Positions 37,153 to 49,457 of a DNA stretch of 64,000 bases are shown piece after piece. The DNA is from Cenococcum geophilum (taxonomy: Eukaryota): NCBI GenBank assembly GCA_050273025.1, contig CP158635.1, positions 9,486,001 to 9,550,000 of the forward strand, read 5' to 3'. The translations under genes were made by a program, and so were the position numbers. Below the pieces are notes generated by a model. That model was given only the letters and a program-made list of their open reading frames with translations, ran no database searches and was not told the DNA's origin. Positions within the stretch are counted from its first letter, which is position 1. Each line of letters begins with the position of its first letter.

Positions 37153-40100
37153 AACTAGGATAATTAAGAATTAGACTTAATACGGTAAATATAATATTCG
37201 TAGCTGACCTATAAAGGGTATATAGCCGACTAGTAAAAATAGGGGAAGAACTAATAATAATAACAGATTTAGATATAGAAGCGCTAATAGGAATATAAGA
37301 TATAGGAATAGAAAGCTCTATATAAAATAAGTAGTAACTAGGGTATAGACATAAGAAATAGAAGCTCCAAATATTTTAGAGAAAGTAGAAATAGAAGAAG
37401 TGAGGAACAAAGGAGAGTCGAAGGACCCTTACTAGGGGTCCGCTACCTATCCATTATATAGTATAACTGCGGCAACACAAACTACTACCTCGCAAGGCCC
37501 CTACTAGACAGTCTAGACCTAGAGAAACACTATATCCTTACTATATAAGAACCGTATTATAATACCTTTATATAATTAATATACTGCCCCTAAGGATTCT
37601 AGCTCCTATATAAACTAAAAGTAGCTATACGCGTGTGCTTTATAATTAGTAAGGCTATCAGCCTGTCCTTATAGTTATAGTAGGTAGTTAACCTAGATAT
37701 TATAGTTATAATAATTTAAACATATAGGGGACCGGTATAAATTATTAATGTATATAACCCTAGGGTTAAAGGGGTCCTATAAATAAAGAATATTATATTA
37801 GTAATAAGCTTACTAGAAACCGAAGGTATAGAGTTTATCCTACTAGGAGATATAAACCTCTACTACCCGCAGTAGGGGAGTATCTATATTGCTGCAGATT
37901 AATAGTCAGAGTGCCTACTAAGAGCTATAGATATTTAGGGCCTTAAGCTAGCCACCCCCCTAGGAGTAATTATATAGCAATAAGGCACCGCCAGAAGTAT
38001 AATTGACCTTATATTTATAGATGAAGGCCTATACTAGAGACTTAAAAGGTATAACCCTAAAGAAGAATAGGCACTTACCCTAGACTATATCCCTATCTAG
38101 ATATAGCTAGACCTAGATACTAAAGTGTAACTAAATAGAAAAAGATATATAATAAGGAAGCTTAAGACAGATAGTTTTCTTAATATAGTTAAATAACAAT
38201 TTTAAGACCTAGAAGAAATCCACCTAATACTAAACAAGCGAGGCTTATTAGCTACCCCCAAGGAAATTAACTAAAGACTAAAAAGGATCTAGGCAGCGAT
38301 TAAAAATAGGCTAAAAGAGCACTACCCGATCTTAAAACTAGGCCCTTATACGCAATATGTATGGTCTATATAATGCGCAGTTCTGGTTACTAGCTAATAA
38401 TAAGTAAGAAGAAAATATATAAGTAGCTATAACCCTAAAGACAAGAGATAATATAAAGACATAAGAAACTAGCTAAAGAATACCCTAAAAAAAGAAGTAA
38501 GGAATAACTAGAGACGGTTTATAAACGAGTATACTTCTAACCTAAGCCTCCCCTATAATAAGGGCCTTTGGGCTATAGCAAAATAGGTAAAGAAAAAGGC
38601 AGGGCGCCTAGTAGAAGACCTATACCTACTACTCCTATAAAGAGCAGAAGAATTATAGGCTATAAACAATAATAATAAAAAGGCAAAAATCTTTATAGAA
38701 AGGTTCTTCCCCTAACCGGCTTTAGTAGACCTTAGTAATATCACGGATAAAACACTAGTAACTTACCTATAGGTTAACAGCGATATAATAATAGAGGAAA
38801 TAGCTAGAACTATTAGCCGCCTTTTAAATAATATAGCACTAGGACCAGATAGGATTTTAAATAAGGCCCTAAAAACCTATAGGCCACTTATAGCACCTTA
38901 GCTTACAGATATAGCCAAAGTATACTTTGCTATAGGCTACTACCCGCAACTTAAAAGATCTATAACGACGGTTATTCTATAAAAAGAAAGTAAAGCAGAT
39001 TACTTAATCCCAGGAAGCTACCGCCCTATTGCCTTAAAAAACACCCTTAGTAAGATTTTAGAAAGGGTAATAGCGGAACGCATAGCAGATATAGTAAAGA
39101 AATACGCCCTACTACTATAAAGCTAAATAGGGGCAAGAAAAAACCGCTTAACACTATTAGCACTTACGCTACTCGCTACTACTATTAAATTTATATAGGC
39201 GATACGAAAGGACTTTATAGTATTAATGCTTAGCTTAGATATTAGTAGTACCTATAATAATATACCCCATAAGCGTCTCCTGTATATCCTTAGGGCAAAG
39301 GGCTTCTTAGAATAGATTATATAATTTATCTAAGGGTTTATAGGCTAGAAAGAAACATTACTAGTCTTTAGCGAATACTAGAGCCCCCCTATTATAGTTA
39401 CAATAGAAATACTATAAGGATTACCCCTCTCGCCTATACTCTTCCTTTTCTTTATAAGTAACCTACTTAACTCCTTTAAGGAAGGGGCAACCTAGGGGAT
39501 AGGCTTTATTAATAATATAAACCTAATTATATACGGGCCAATAGCTATAAAGAATTGCAGAATACTAAAGAAAGCCTATAATACTTATATAGAATAGGCA
39601 AAACGTTATAGAGTCTAATTCTTACCAGAGAAATACTAGCTAATCCATTTTATAAGAAAACGTAACTAATCTATAGATCTTTAGCATATAATTCGCATTT
39701 AAGGCTTTAGGGGTTAACCAGTTTAGGGCCTAAGGGTATTAGAAGTATAGGTAGATAGTAAGCTCCGGTGGAGCGCATATGCGGCATAAGCGGCCTGTAA
39801 AGGCTAAGCATAGTTCATTACTTTATCTAGGATTGTTAATTCTATATAGGGTCCATGCTTTTAGAGGTTACGCCTACTATATACAGTAGTCGTCCGGCCA
39901 ACTATAATATATAGATCCAGTATTTGGGCCATTAGAGAAACTAAAAAGGGCCCCCCTAAATTACTCCTTAAACTACTTTAAAAGGTCTAAACAGCCTACC
40001 TCTAGAGTATTATAGGCGGGTATAAGCGAACGGCCATAGTACTGCTTAAGAAGGAATCCAATATTCCCCCCCTATAGTTATATATTAAAGCCGCTGTAAT

Positions 40101-41919
40101 ATAAAGGACGTAAAATAAACACAACTTTAATGTTATAAAGTATATTAAGACACGCCTAAGTAAACTATAAAGGGACCCTAGGGTGCCCCGTAGGAGAATA
40201 AACCAATAACCCTAAAGTAGGGAAGAGATATTAGAGAAACAGGTAAAGAAAGTAGAAGAAAAATAGTGCCGCTTTAGGGCCTAGGCCTATATAGAGGAGG
40301 AAGGGAGACGCGTAAGAGGTTAGTAAAGATAATAGTAAGACAGAGAAAGGAGCTAAAGTAGAATATATAAGAACGCTAGAAAACCATCTACCGCAATACA
40401 ATACTAGTTAGATTAATGCTAGAGAGGTAAATAGGAGTTAAAGGTATAGAGGCTGACTTAGGCAAGATAAACCTAAGCTATAGCATAATTAACGCTATAG
40501 GGGGTAAATACCTAAGGGCTCTAAAAAGGCCTAATAAAGGTAGAAAATATAATAGTAATACTCTTAAGAACAGGAATAATAGGACTAAAAGATTGGCTTT
40601 ACTGGGTGGGTGTCCTAGTAGGTAGCCTAAGATACGAATATAGCTGGCTAAAATAGACACCAAAACACGTAATACTGCTATGCCCCCTACGTACTAATTA
40701 AGAAATAATACTTTTAGCAGCTAGCATAGAGAACTATAATACACTGCTCTTAATATAAAAAGGCCTTAAGGCGGTTACCTAGTGGCTTATTAGTTAAAAT
40801 ATGCTAAATTAGTTCTGGGTTATAAGGGAAATAGTAATAGAAGGTAAGGGGGCGAGTAGTAGGTGCCCCCTAGTAACTCTACAGTAGTAGAGTAATAGTT
40901 TGTAATACTAGCGCATCCGTAGGCTTATTACGGCAGCAGTAGTTCCTAAAGAGGTTAAATAATAAGGTAGTAGAGCACTATAGGCAACTTATAGGCGCTA
41001 AGTAGGCGAGTCCCAAAAGGCGGGGAGATGGATTATAGGGTTTTCTCATTTTTCTTAAATAGAGTTTTCTCCCTATATATAAATAAGGAGTAGTCCGCGT
41101 GGGCCTAATAGGGATCCAAATTGGACGTTAAGCAATGAATTATTATTATTATTAATTCTTCACACTGTAAAAGCTTACATTTTTCCTATATAGAGATTTT
41201 TCCTATAAATAGAAGGTAGAAGCCTATATAGACCTAAAAAAGGGACTAAATTGGGCAATAAATAGAATAAATAATAATATTTATTTTTAGATTTATATAG
41301 TAAAAATAATTAAGTTAATAGTTTTTTCTATAAACTCTAATTATATTTTTAATTTCTTTAATAAAAGACTTACCTAATACTTTATTTTTATTAAAAAAAC
41401 TCTAATTATTTTCTATATATAATAAATCTTTTTAAAAAATAACATTTTCTTTTTATTATTAGATATTTGTTAGTATGCTTTAATATAGTGTAATAGACGT
41501 AATATACGTGCAGTGCGATATATAATTAGATTCTTAAGGTTCTATTCTATAATATAGTGTTAATATATATACGCGTCTCGCGTAGGTTACGTGCTGTGTA
41601 TGTGACACGTAAAACGAATATATACCGACACTAGCAGCTCTTTAAATGCTAGGAAACTAATAGAACCTCCTTTATCGGGAAAATATTCGCAGGCTGGGTT
41701 TTAAGTTGACTTTGTTAAGCGCGTTTCGCGTAATTGACATACAGTTGACCAACTTAACATATTTAAAAGTTAAATAACATATAATTGACCTGTAATTGAC
41801 CTATAATTAACTAACTTGATATATTTAAAAGTTAAATAATACGCAGTTAACTAACTTATATATTTCTTAATATACAATTAAGGTAATATAATATATTATT
41901 TTTAAGTTATATGCTTAAG

Positions 41920-42330
41920 AGGCTCTATATAAAGCTCTATACAAAGCTCTGCAATAGAGGCTCTGTACGAGGCTCTACACGAGGCTCTGCACGAAGCTCT
42001 GTATAAAGCTCTGCGATAGAGGCTCTGTATAAAGCTCTGTGTATAGATGCTCTGCACGAGGCTCTGCATGAAGCTCTGCGTATAGAGGCTCTGCACGAGG
42101 CTCTGCACGAAGCTCTGCGTACAGAGGCTCTGCACGAGGCTCTGCACGAAGCTCTGCGTACAGAGGCTCTGCACGAGGCTCTGCACGAAGCTCTGCGTAT
42201 AGAGGCTCTGTACGAGGCTCTGCACGAAGCTCTACACGAAGCTCTATACGAAGCTCTACGTATAGAGGCTCTGTACGAGGCTCTGCGCGAAGCTCTGTAT
42301 ACGGAGGCTCTATACGAAGCTCTATATCGG
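41920..42330. repeat. 39-bp minisatellite (12+12+15 subunits) in the Copia 3' region
   Basis: Unit GAGGCTCTGCAC-GAGGCTCTGCAC-GAAGCTCTGCGTATA. Confidence 0.9.
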
Positions 42331-42437
42331 GTCCCCGCACACGCCTCTGTTAAGTTACCCCCTTTGCAGCTACCTTATTTTTTACCCTTTCTTACATCCT
42401 CCCTACCTTAGGAGGTACTGGAACGGCAGCTAGCAGA

Positions 42438-43250
42438 GGACCGTCGCTAGAACTAGATAACCGTCGCTAGAACTAGACAACCGTTGCTAAAACTAAATAA
42501 CCGTCACCAAAACTAGACGACCGTTGCTAGGACTAGATAACTGTTGCTAGAACTAGACGACGACCGTTTAAACAACTAGCTAGTAAATACTATAAATAAT
42601 TTAATTAATTAATTGATCGAATTAAACTAGAGCTTTAATATCGGCCTATTACCGAATCGAATTAAGACTTCCTAGGGAGGCACCCCAGACGACTACTGTT
42701 TAAATATATAGCTAGCGAACGGCTATAAAGAACGATTTGAATTAATAAGAGCCTTTAATTAGGCCGACTCCTCCCCTAAATTAAACTAGATATTAACGTA
42801 GGCAGGTAGGTAGGTAGGTAGGTAGGTAGGTAGGTAGGAGAGGACCGTTGCCAGAACTAGACGACCGTCGCTAGAACTAGACGACCGTCGCTAGAACTAG
42901 ATGACCGTCGCTAGAACTACGACCGTCGCCAGAACTAGACGACCGTCGCCAGAACCAGACGACCGTCGCTAGAACTAGACGACCGTCGCCAGAACTACGA
43001 CCGTCGCCAGAACTAGACGAACGTCGCCAGAACCAGATAACCGTCGCCAGAACTAGATGACCGTCGCCAGAACCAGATGACCGTCGCCAGAACCAGACGA
43101 CCGTTGCCAGAACTAGACGACCGTTGCCAGAACCAGATGACCGTCGCCAGAACCAGATGACCGTCGCCAGAGCTAGATGACCGTCGCCAGAACCAGACGA
43201 CCGTCGCTAGAACTAGTAGACGACTGTTACCAGAACCAGACGACGACCGT
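42438..43250. repeat. 20-bp minisatellite in two blocks (42438-42570, 42843-43250)
   Basis: Unit GACCGTCGCCAGAACTAGAC, head-to-tail with no spacers. Confidence 0.9.
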
Positions 43251-43469
43251 TCAAATAACTAGCCAGCGAACACCACGAACGATTTAATCGATCAATTAAA
43301 TTAATCTAGAGCCTATTACTAAATTGAATCGAATCAAGGCCTCCTAGGGAGGCACCCTAGATAACCACTATTTAAATATACAGCCAGCAAACGGCTATGG
43401 AGAACGATTCGAATTAATTAGAGCCTTTAATTGGGCTGACCTCTCCCCCGAATTAAATTAGACACTATA

Positions 43470-43875
43470 GGTAGATATAAATAGGTAGGCAATATAGATA
43501 GGTAGATAATGCAGATAGGTAGACGATATAGATAGGTAGGCGATATAGATAGGTAGGTGATGCAGATAGGTAGGTAATGCAGATAGGTAGGTAATGTAGA
43601 TAGGTAGACGATATAGACCGGTAGATAATGTAGATAGGTAGGCGATGCAGATAGGTAGACGATGCAGATAGGTAGACAATACAGATAGGTAGGTAATGTA
43701 AATAGGTAGGTAATGCAGATAGGTAGGTAATGTAGATAGGTAGACAATATAGATAGGTAGATAATGTAAATAGGTAGGCGATATAGATAGGTAGGTAATG
43801 CAGATAGGTAGGTAATGCAGATAGGTAGGTGATATAGATAGGTAGACAATGTAGATAGGTAGCGGATATAGACAT
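43470..43875. repeat. 17-bp minisatellite
   Basis: Unit AGATAGGTAGRYRATRY, roughly two dozen copies. Confidence 0.9.
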
Positions 43876-44166
43876 AATAGATTATATAAAGAAGTGTATA
43901 TAATTTATCTTAATAGCTTTATAAACGGCTTTAAAGTAGCCTTTATTATCTAAAATTATAAGTTATATAGGTTGCGTAGGTTGCGTAGGTTGCGTAGGTT
44001 ATATAGGCTATACGCAGGCTGCGCGCAGGCTATATGTTAAATGAACTCGATATAGGCTGGTTTATTAAGTTAGTTAATACCCTTAATGGCCCGCTAACGA
44101 CGCCAACTTCTAGCAGCTGAGGTCATTTACAAGGGACAATATTTTGCCGATGTTTATAATAGTAAG

Positions 44167-44451
44167 TGTTACGGGACCACCCTATAACACGCATTCTGCC
44201 GTATCCTGCTATATTCTACCTACTACCGCAAAATCGTCCTATGTTCGCAATATTGGTAATATCCATAATATCCGTAATTTCTACCGAATTCTGCTAGGTC
44301 TGCTGAATTCTGCCAAATCTACCAAATCCTATTAAATTCTGTTAGGTCTGCTAAATTCTACTAAATTCTGCTAAGTCTGCCAAATCTACTAAATCCTGTT
44401 AAATTCTGTTAAGTCTGCTGAATTCTACTAAATTTTACTAAGACTGTAACG
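44167..44451. mobile_element. Probable solo LTR nested in the Copia 3' region
   Basis: TGTTAC...GTAACG ends. Flanks GTAAG (44162-44166) and ATAAG (44452-44456) differ by one G>A transition. Internal short tandem repeats. Confidence 0.55.
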
Positions 44452-47400
44452 ATAAGTGTTTTAATATATAATTGCTTTTAATTTCTTTATATTAAATCTC
44501 CTTTCTCTATTAGATGTCCTTCCGTTCTACCTACTCCTTAGCCTATAGTTCTAAGTAATTAGTATTAATTAGCTTCTTAAGAGCTATAGATGCCTTACTC
44601 TTAGTTATTAAGTTAGTAGGGTTGCTATTACTATTAATCTACTTAACTTCCGTAATCTTTTTGCGCTTATACAACTAACGAAGATATATAACGTCTATTA
44701 TAAGACATTTCTCTTATATAGTGCCTAGCTTAATAAGGCATTTATAAAGTAATTTTAAGTCGGTATAAAGTATAAGTGGGAGTTTAATCTATAGGAGTTG
44801 TCTAACAGTTAACTTAATTGTGGCGCTAATATTAAATCCATAGGCTATTACGTAGAGTTTAGATACTAATACGCTTCTAGTAACTCTCTTACACTTAATT
44901 AAGGACTAATACACGATATTAGCCTTATTTGTTATATCTACTAATACTAGGATATAGCCTATTTGTAATAAGAGGTCCTTATTATTTATAAATAAGGCAT
45001 CCGTAAACATAAGTAGGCGTAGTATATTAATATCCAGCTTAACGTATATAAGGCCTCTTATTAAGTTATTAATTTGCCATTAGAGTCGTTTATTAAGTGC
45101 TATAATATTACTTTTTTTAGGGTTAATTACCTAGGCAGTAAAGGAGAGGTTAAAAGAGGCTTTAGGTTAGCATATAGAGGCAATATATATACCTCTAGCG
45201 CGTTACGTAACGTATTATTCCTTTATAGTTAGTATATTATAGATAATACCTCTTAAGCTTATAGTTATAGCTACTTTACTAAAGTAAACCGTATTTAGGT
45301 TCTTATACTAGCGTTCCTAGGTTATTATAATATTGCCTTCCTAAAAGAGTTAAATAATATATCCGTTAAATTTAAGTAACTAATTAACTATAAGTTATTT
45401 ACGTTCTTTTGCAAGAAAGTAAGCCTTTTTTAGATATTGTTGCTCTACGTCCGTAAAGGTAGTATTAGCTAGGAAGAGAGTATTGTTAGTTTAAAGGCTA
45501 ACAATGCTAAAGTAGTTAGGAGCGTTACTCTATAAGAGGCAAGGGTTATACGTTAATAAGTTTATATCTAACTCCTTAATATAATGGTTATAGTAGGTTA
45601 TAAACTAGTAATTACCTACTTCTAGGACACCGTATAAAGGCTTAATTACCTTTAGGATTAAGTTCTTTCCGATGCCTAGTTAGCTTCCTAATTTATAAGG
45701 TGGTTAGATATAAAAGTCTTAATTTAGCTTTATAAGAGACTGGATATACGCCTAGGAGATATCTTATAAATATAGCTATATGCCGTTACCTTGTAATATC
45801 GCTGCGATATATAGAATAAGGCGTTAGCTAACTCGTTAAATAATAGGTAACTAGGTTAGTATAGTGCCCTTTTTAAGATCGTTGTACGTTTAAATAACGA
45901 GTCTTAATTTCTTAAAGGCTTTATTAGTACTAGGGTTCTTAATCTCGTCTATAAATTATAAGTTAAAGATTTTAGCTTCTACGGGTACGTCCTAAGGGTT
46001 AATTATCTTAAATACGCCCTTTTTAATTAGTTTTGTGGTTTTCTTTTAACGGGACGTTTTAAACTACTTATAGTTACTATCCTCTTATAAGAATATAGTG
46101 ATGTCGGTAGTATTAACGTAAGGGGGATGCTTATAGGGTCTTCCTCTTCCTTAGTAAGGTGGTTATACTTCTTTAGTTTCGGTAAGGGACGGTTTCTATA
46201 TAAATGGTTCGTATATATAGGCAGTTTTTAGGACGGTTTCTATAGTGGGTTAAATACCGTTAACTTAAATATTATTAATTTGGGTGCTATTAACTTAAAT
46301 ATCTTTAACTTAAATATATCTACGGTCTATTAAGTACGGTTTAATAATAGTGCTGCGGAACTTTATAGGGCCGTTAGGTAGGTTAACAGTACACATTTTT
46401 CCTTTAATATTTAGTAGGTTGTATAGTCCTGCTTAGTAACTAAGTTGTCCTACGTTACCCTCTCTCTAGACTAGTACTAAGGAGTTAAGGGGCAGATTAT
46501 AAATTGCGGCAGTATTAGGGCTATTACGTATATTAAATGCATCTACAACCTAGCGTTCCGCTTATATTTTCTTTACTTCCTCTATAGCTTTTTTAAATGT
46601 AATCGCACGCTATATTACTGTAGGTAAAGGTATATTAGACTCTGCTATTTAGGGGTACGCTCTAAATACTAATAGTATAGGTATTAGGCCGTCTAGTTTT
46701 GCGGAGTTGTTAATTGCTTTAGAGGCTATTTATAGTGCTATATCCTTATTAATTCCTAGTATCTTAGAAGTAATAATATAGTATATACGTTATAAGGGGC
46801 CGTGGTAACGCTCTACTATACTAATTAAGTTATAAGCTTTAACCGGTATGCTCTTTATAGTAGCGCCTATATTAACCGTATATTGCTTAAACTCTCTACT
46901 AATAAAGTTCTTTTTTGCGTTATATGCAATTATATCTGGGGGGCCTAAGTATATATTAATCTAGCATACTTATAATATGTCCTATATATACTTAGCGCTA
47001 ATATTTTATAGCTATCTACCTGTTTAAAATTAGGTACCTTTATTAACAATATAAAGTACGGGCTTGCTATTAATATATATAATATTAACGATAATGTAGT
47101 AGTTAAAATTAACGTCGTCCTTTAAGGTAAATCTAAATCTGCTTAGTAACTTTCTGTGTTTTTAATAGTATAAGTAATAGTGGGTAATATGCTTAAGGGT
47201 CTTGCGATTAGCATTGTTTTTATAGCTAGTACAGTCTAATATTCTTTTAAGTCGCTATACTAACGGATATCTAAAGCGTTAGTGTAGGCGTTGCAATTTT
47301 ACATTAGTTAAATAGCATGGGTTTTGGTTAAAAGACTTTGTAATAAATATATGTAATAAAGTATTTAATAGTAGAAATGGGTATCCAAATCGGCGTATAA

Positions 47401-49457
47401 CTGGTACGGTCTTTAAGGGGGTTATTAGGATATTCTTTAGGTTATTAAAGTACACTTATAAATTGTCCATATCTGCTAGGTAAAGTAGGAAAGGGGTATT
47501 AACTTTAATAACGTGAAACTCTACTATACCTATTGGTGTAGCGACCTAGATAGAACTAATAGAAGATATAGAACCTATTCTAAACTATACGCTAACTATG
47601 CCTCTTATAGACTTATTTAACTATACTTTATTAATCTTCTAAAGTATAAGAAACTAACTATATTCTACTATAGAGCGTTTAGAGGCTTTAGTGTCGATTA
47701 TTATACCTATAAACTTTATAGAGGTATAATATAAGGTTATATTATACATAAACGGGTCTATATTAGTGGGGAATACATCTATTATAGTATCGATAGTTAT
47801 AACTACGTAGCTATATGCTCTATTGGCTAGTTCTAAAGCTATAGCGGTCGCGTTATCTAGTTTAATCTCACCGTATAAAGTATAGTATACTATAGCCTGG
47901 TCGTCCTCGTCTATTAGAGTGCTAGGGTCTATATTAATTATTAAAGCGTTAAATACGTCGGTAATTTCATTATCTAAGTTATTATTGTCGTTATTATTGC
48001 CTTTATAGTCTATAATATATTACTTTATTCGCTCCTAAAAGCAGTCCTTAAACTTATTTTTAAACTTAGTCTTAGACTCTTTTTATTCCTCCTTAGTATG
48101 TTTCTATAAGCAATATCCTTCCTTATTATATATAAAGTAATATAGTTTCTTTTAGTTATGGTTATACGGGGGGTTGCTATAATTGCTATAGTTATAGTTA
48201 TTATCTCTTCTATAAAATCGTCGGTCTGTAAAGAAGGCTTATATCTTTTCTATATATTCTTTCTCGTATACTATAATAAACGATTAAAGTTTATTAATAA
48301 GGGCTCTAAAGTTATCTAGTAGGTCGGAGACTGTATATCTACATACTAGTATTCCCTAGTAAGAAGTAACGATTTTATTATAAAGGAAGTCTATGATTTA
48401 TAAGGTAGGTCTAAGGCTATACTATAATTAGCGAAGTCTGTAGATTAATAATTAGAGGTATTTGCTTATAAACTTGTCTATATTTCCTACCATTACTATT
48501 ATAAGTGTAATAGTATTCTACTTATCCAGATTCTTGCGTTAAAATCCTAGTCTTTTAAAGAAATTCTAAAGGTGCTTATAAACTTTAGTAAATGGTAGGC
48601 AGGATAGTTGGTTTATATAGAAGTAGTCTAAAGCTAGTCCTTTTAATATGGTAGGGAATGCCTTAAGATAGGCTTCTTAGGGTACATCCGCTTAATTATA
48701 GATATTATAGAATATTGTTAATTTATAGTTAAGGCTTTTGTTTATACTACTGTATTTCTACTCCTCTATATATATTTTAGCTGCGTTCGCAATTTCTTTA
48801 CTATAGCTAGTTACAGTAATAGTGCAGTTCTCCTCGTCTGTAGGTTATATATAAAGTTACTATATTATTATAGTTTAAGGTATAACAGATGGTGTAAAAG
48901 TAGAGGTATTTATAGGCTAAGGTATAGCAGTTAATGTAAAGGTAGAGGTAGTTGGTATACTAGTTAGTTAGGTTACAGTAGCTTTAGCTTATTATTATTC
49001 CTCTAAAGTGCCCTTTATTATATATACTTTAATCGATCTAGATAGCGTCGGTCCGTACTTATTATTAGCTAATTTAATTATTTCTTTGCTTTATTTAGTT
49101 TAGTTTTTTTTATACTATATTATATAAAGACTAAGGGAGCGTTTTGCCTTATTTATGGTTAATATTAACCCATACTCCTCTAATATTTAGGCAGTTATAT
49201 AGTCGCTAAAGCTAGTATAAGGGGATTTACGTAAAGATATTAACTGTAAAGTCCTTAAAATCTCCCTAGAACGATTCCTAAAGTATTAAATCTAGCTAGT
49301 TGTGTATCTCCGTGTATACGTATATCTTATATTATACGTAGTTAGTTAGCTTATCCTTAGTAACTTCTATTAGGTTAATTCTATTTTCCGATTTAGCTTC
49401 TTCTTCCTCCTAGTCTTTCTCTATTCCTAATATTTTGTATTTTATATATTGTGTATT

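Larger units (their letters stand above)
34567..41153 (+). mobile_element. Tad1-like LINE, copy B (5'-truncated; ORF1, APE, RT, (ATT)n tail), RIP-inactivated
   Basis: Colinear with 59169-64000. RT motifs GSYRPIAL, (PQ)G.PLSPILFLFF and GFI(DD). Probable 15-bp TSD TTAATTCTT(T/C)ACACT at 34526-34540 and 41152-41166. Confidence 0.9.

Noticed and set aside
42438..43250. Regular short repeats resembling a CRISPR array
   Set aside because: Units are head-to-tail with no unique spacers, there are no cas genes, and the context is a eukaryotic LTR element.
43427..43875. ORFs of repeated YLPI/TYL peptides
   Set aside because: Artifacts of a 17-bp minisatellite cycling through all three frames.
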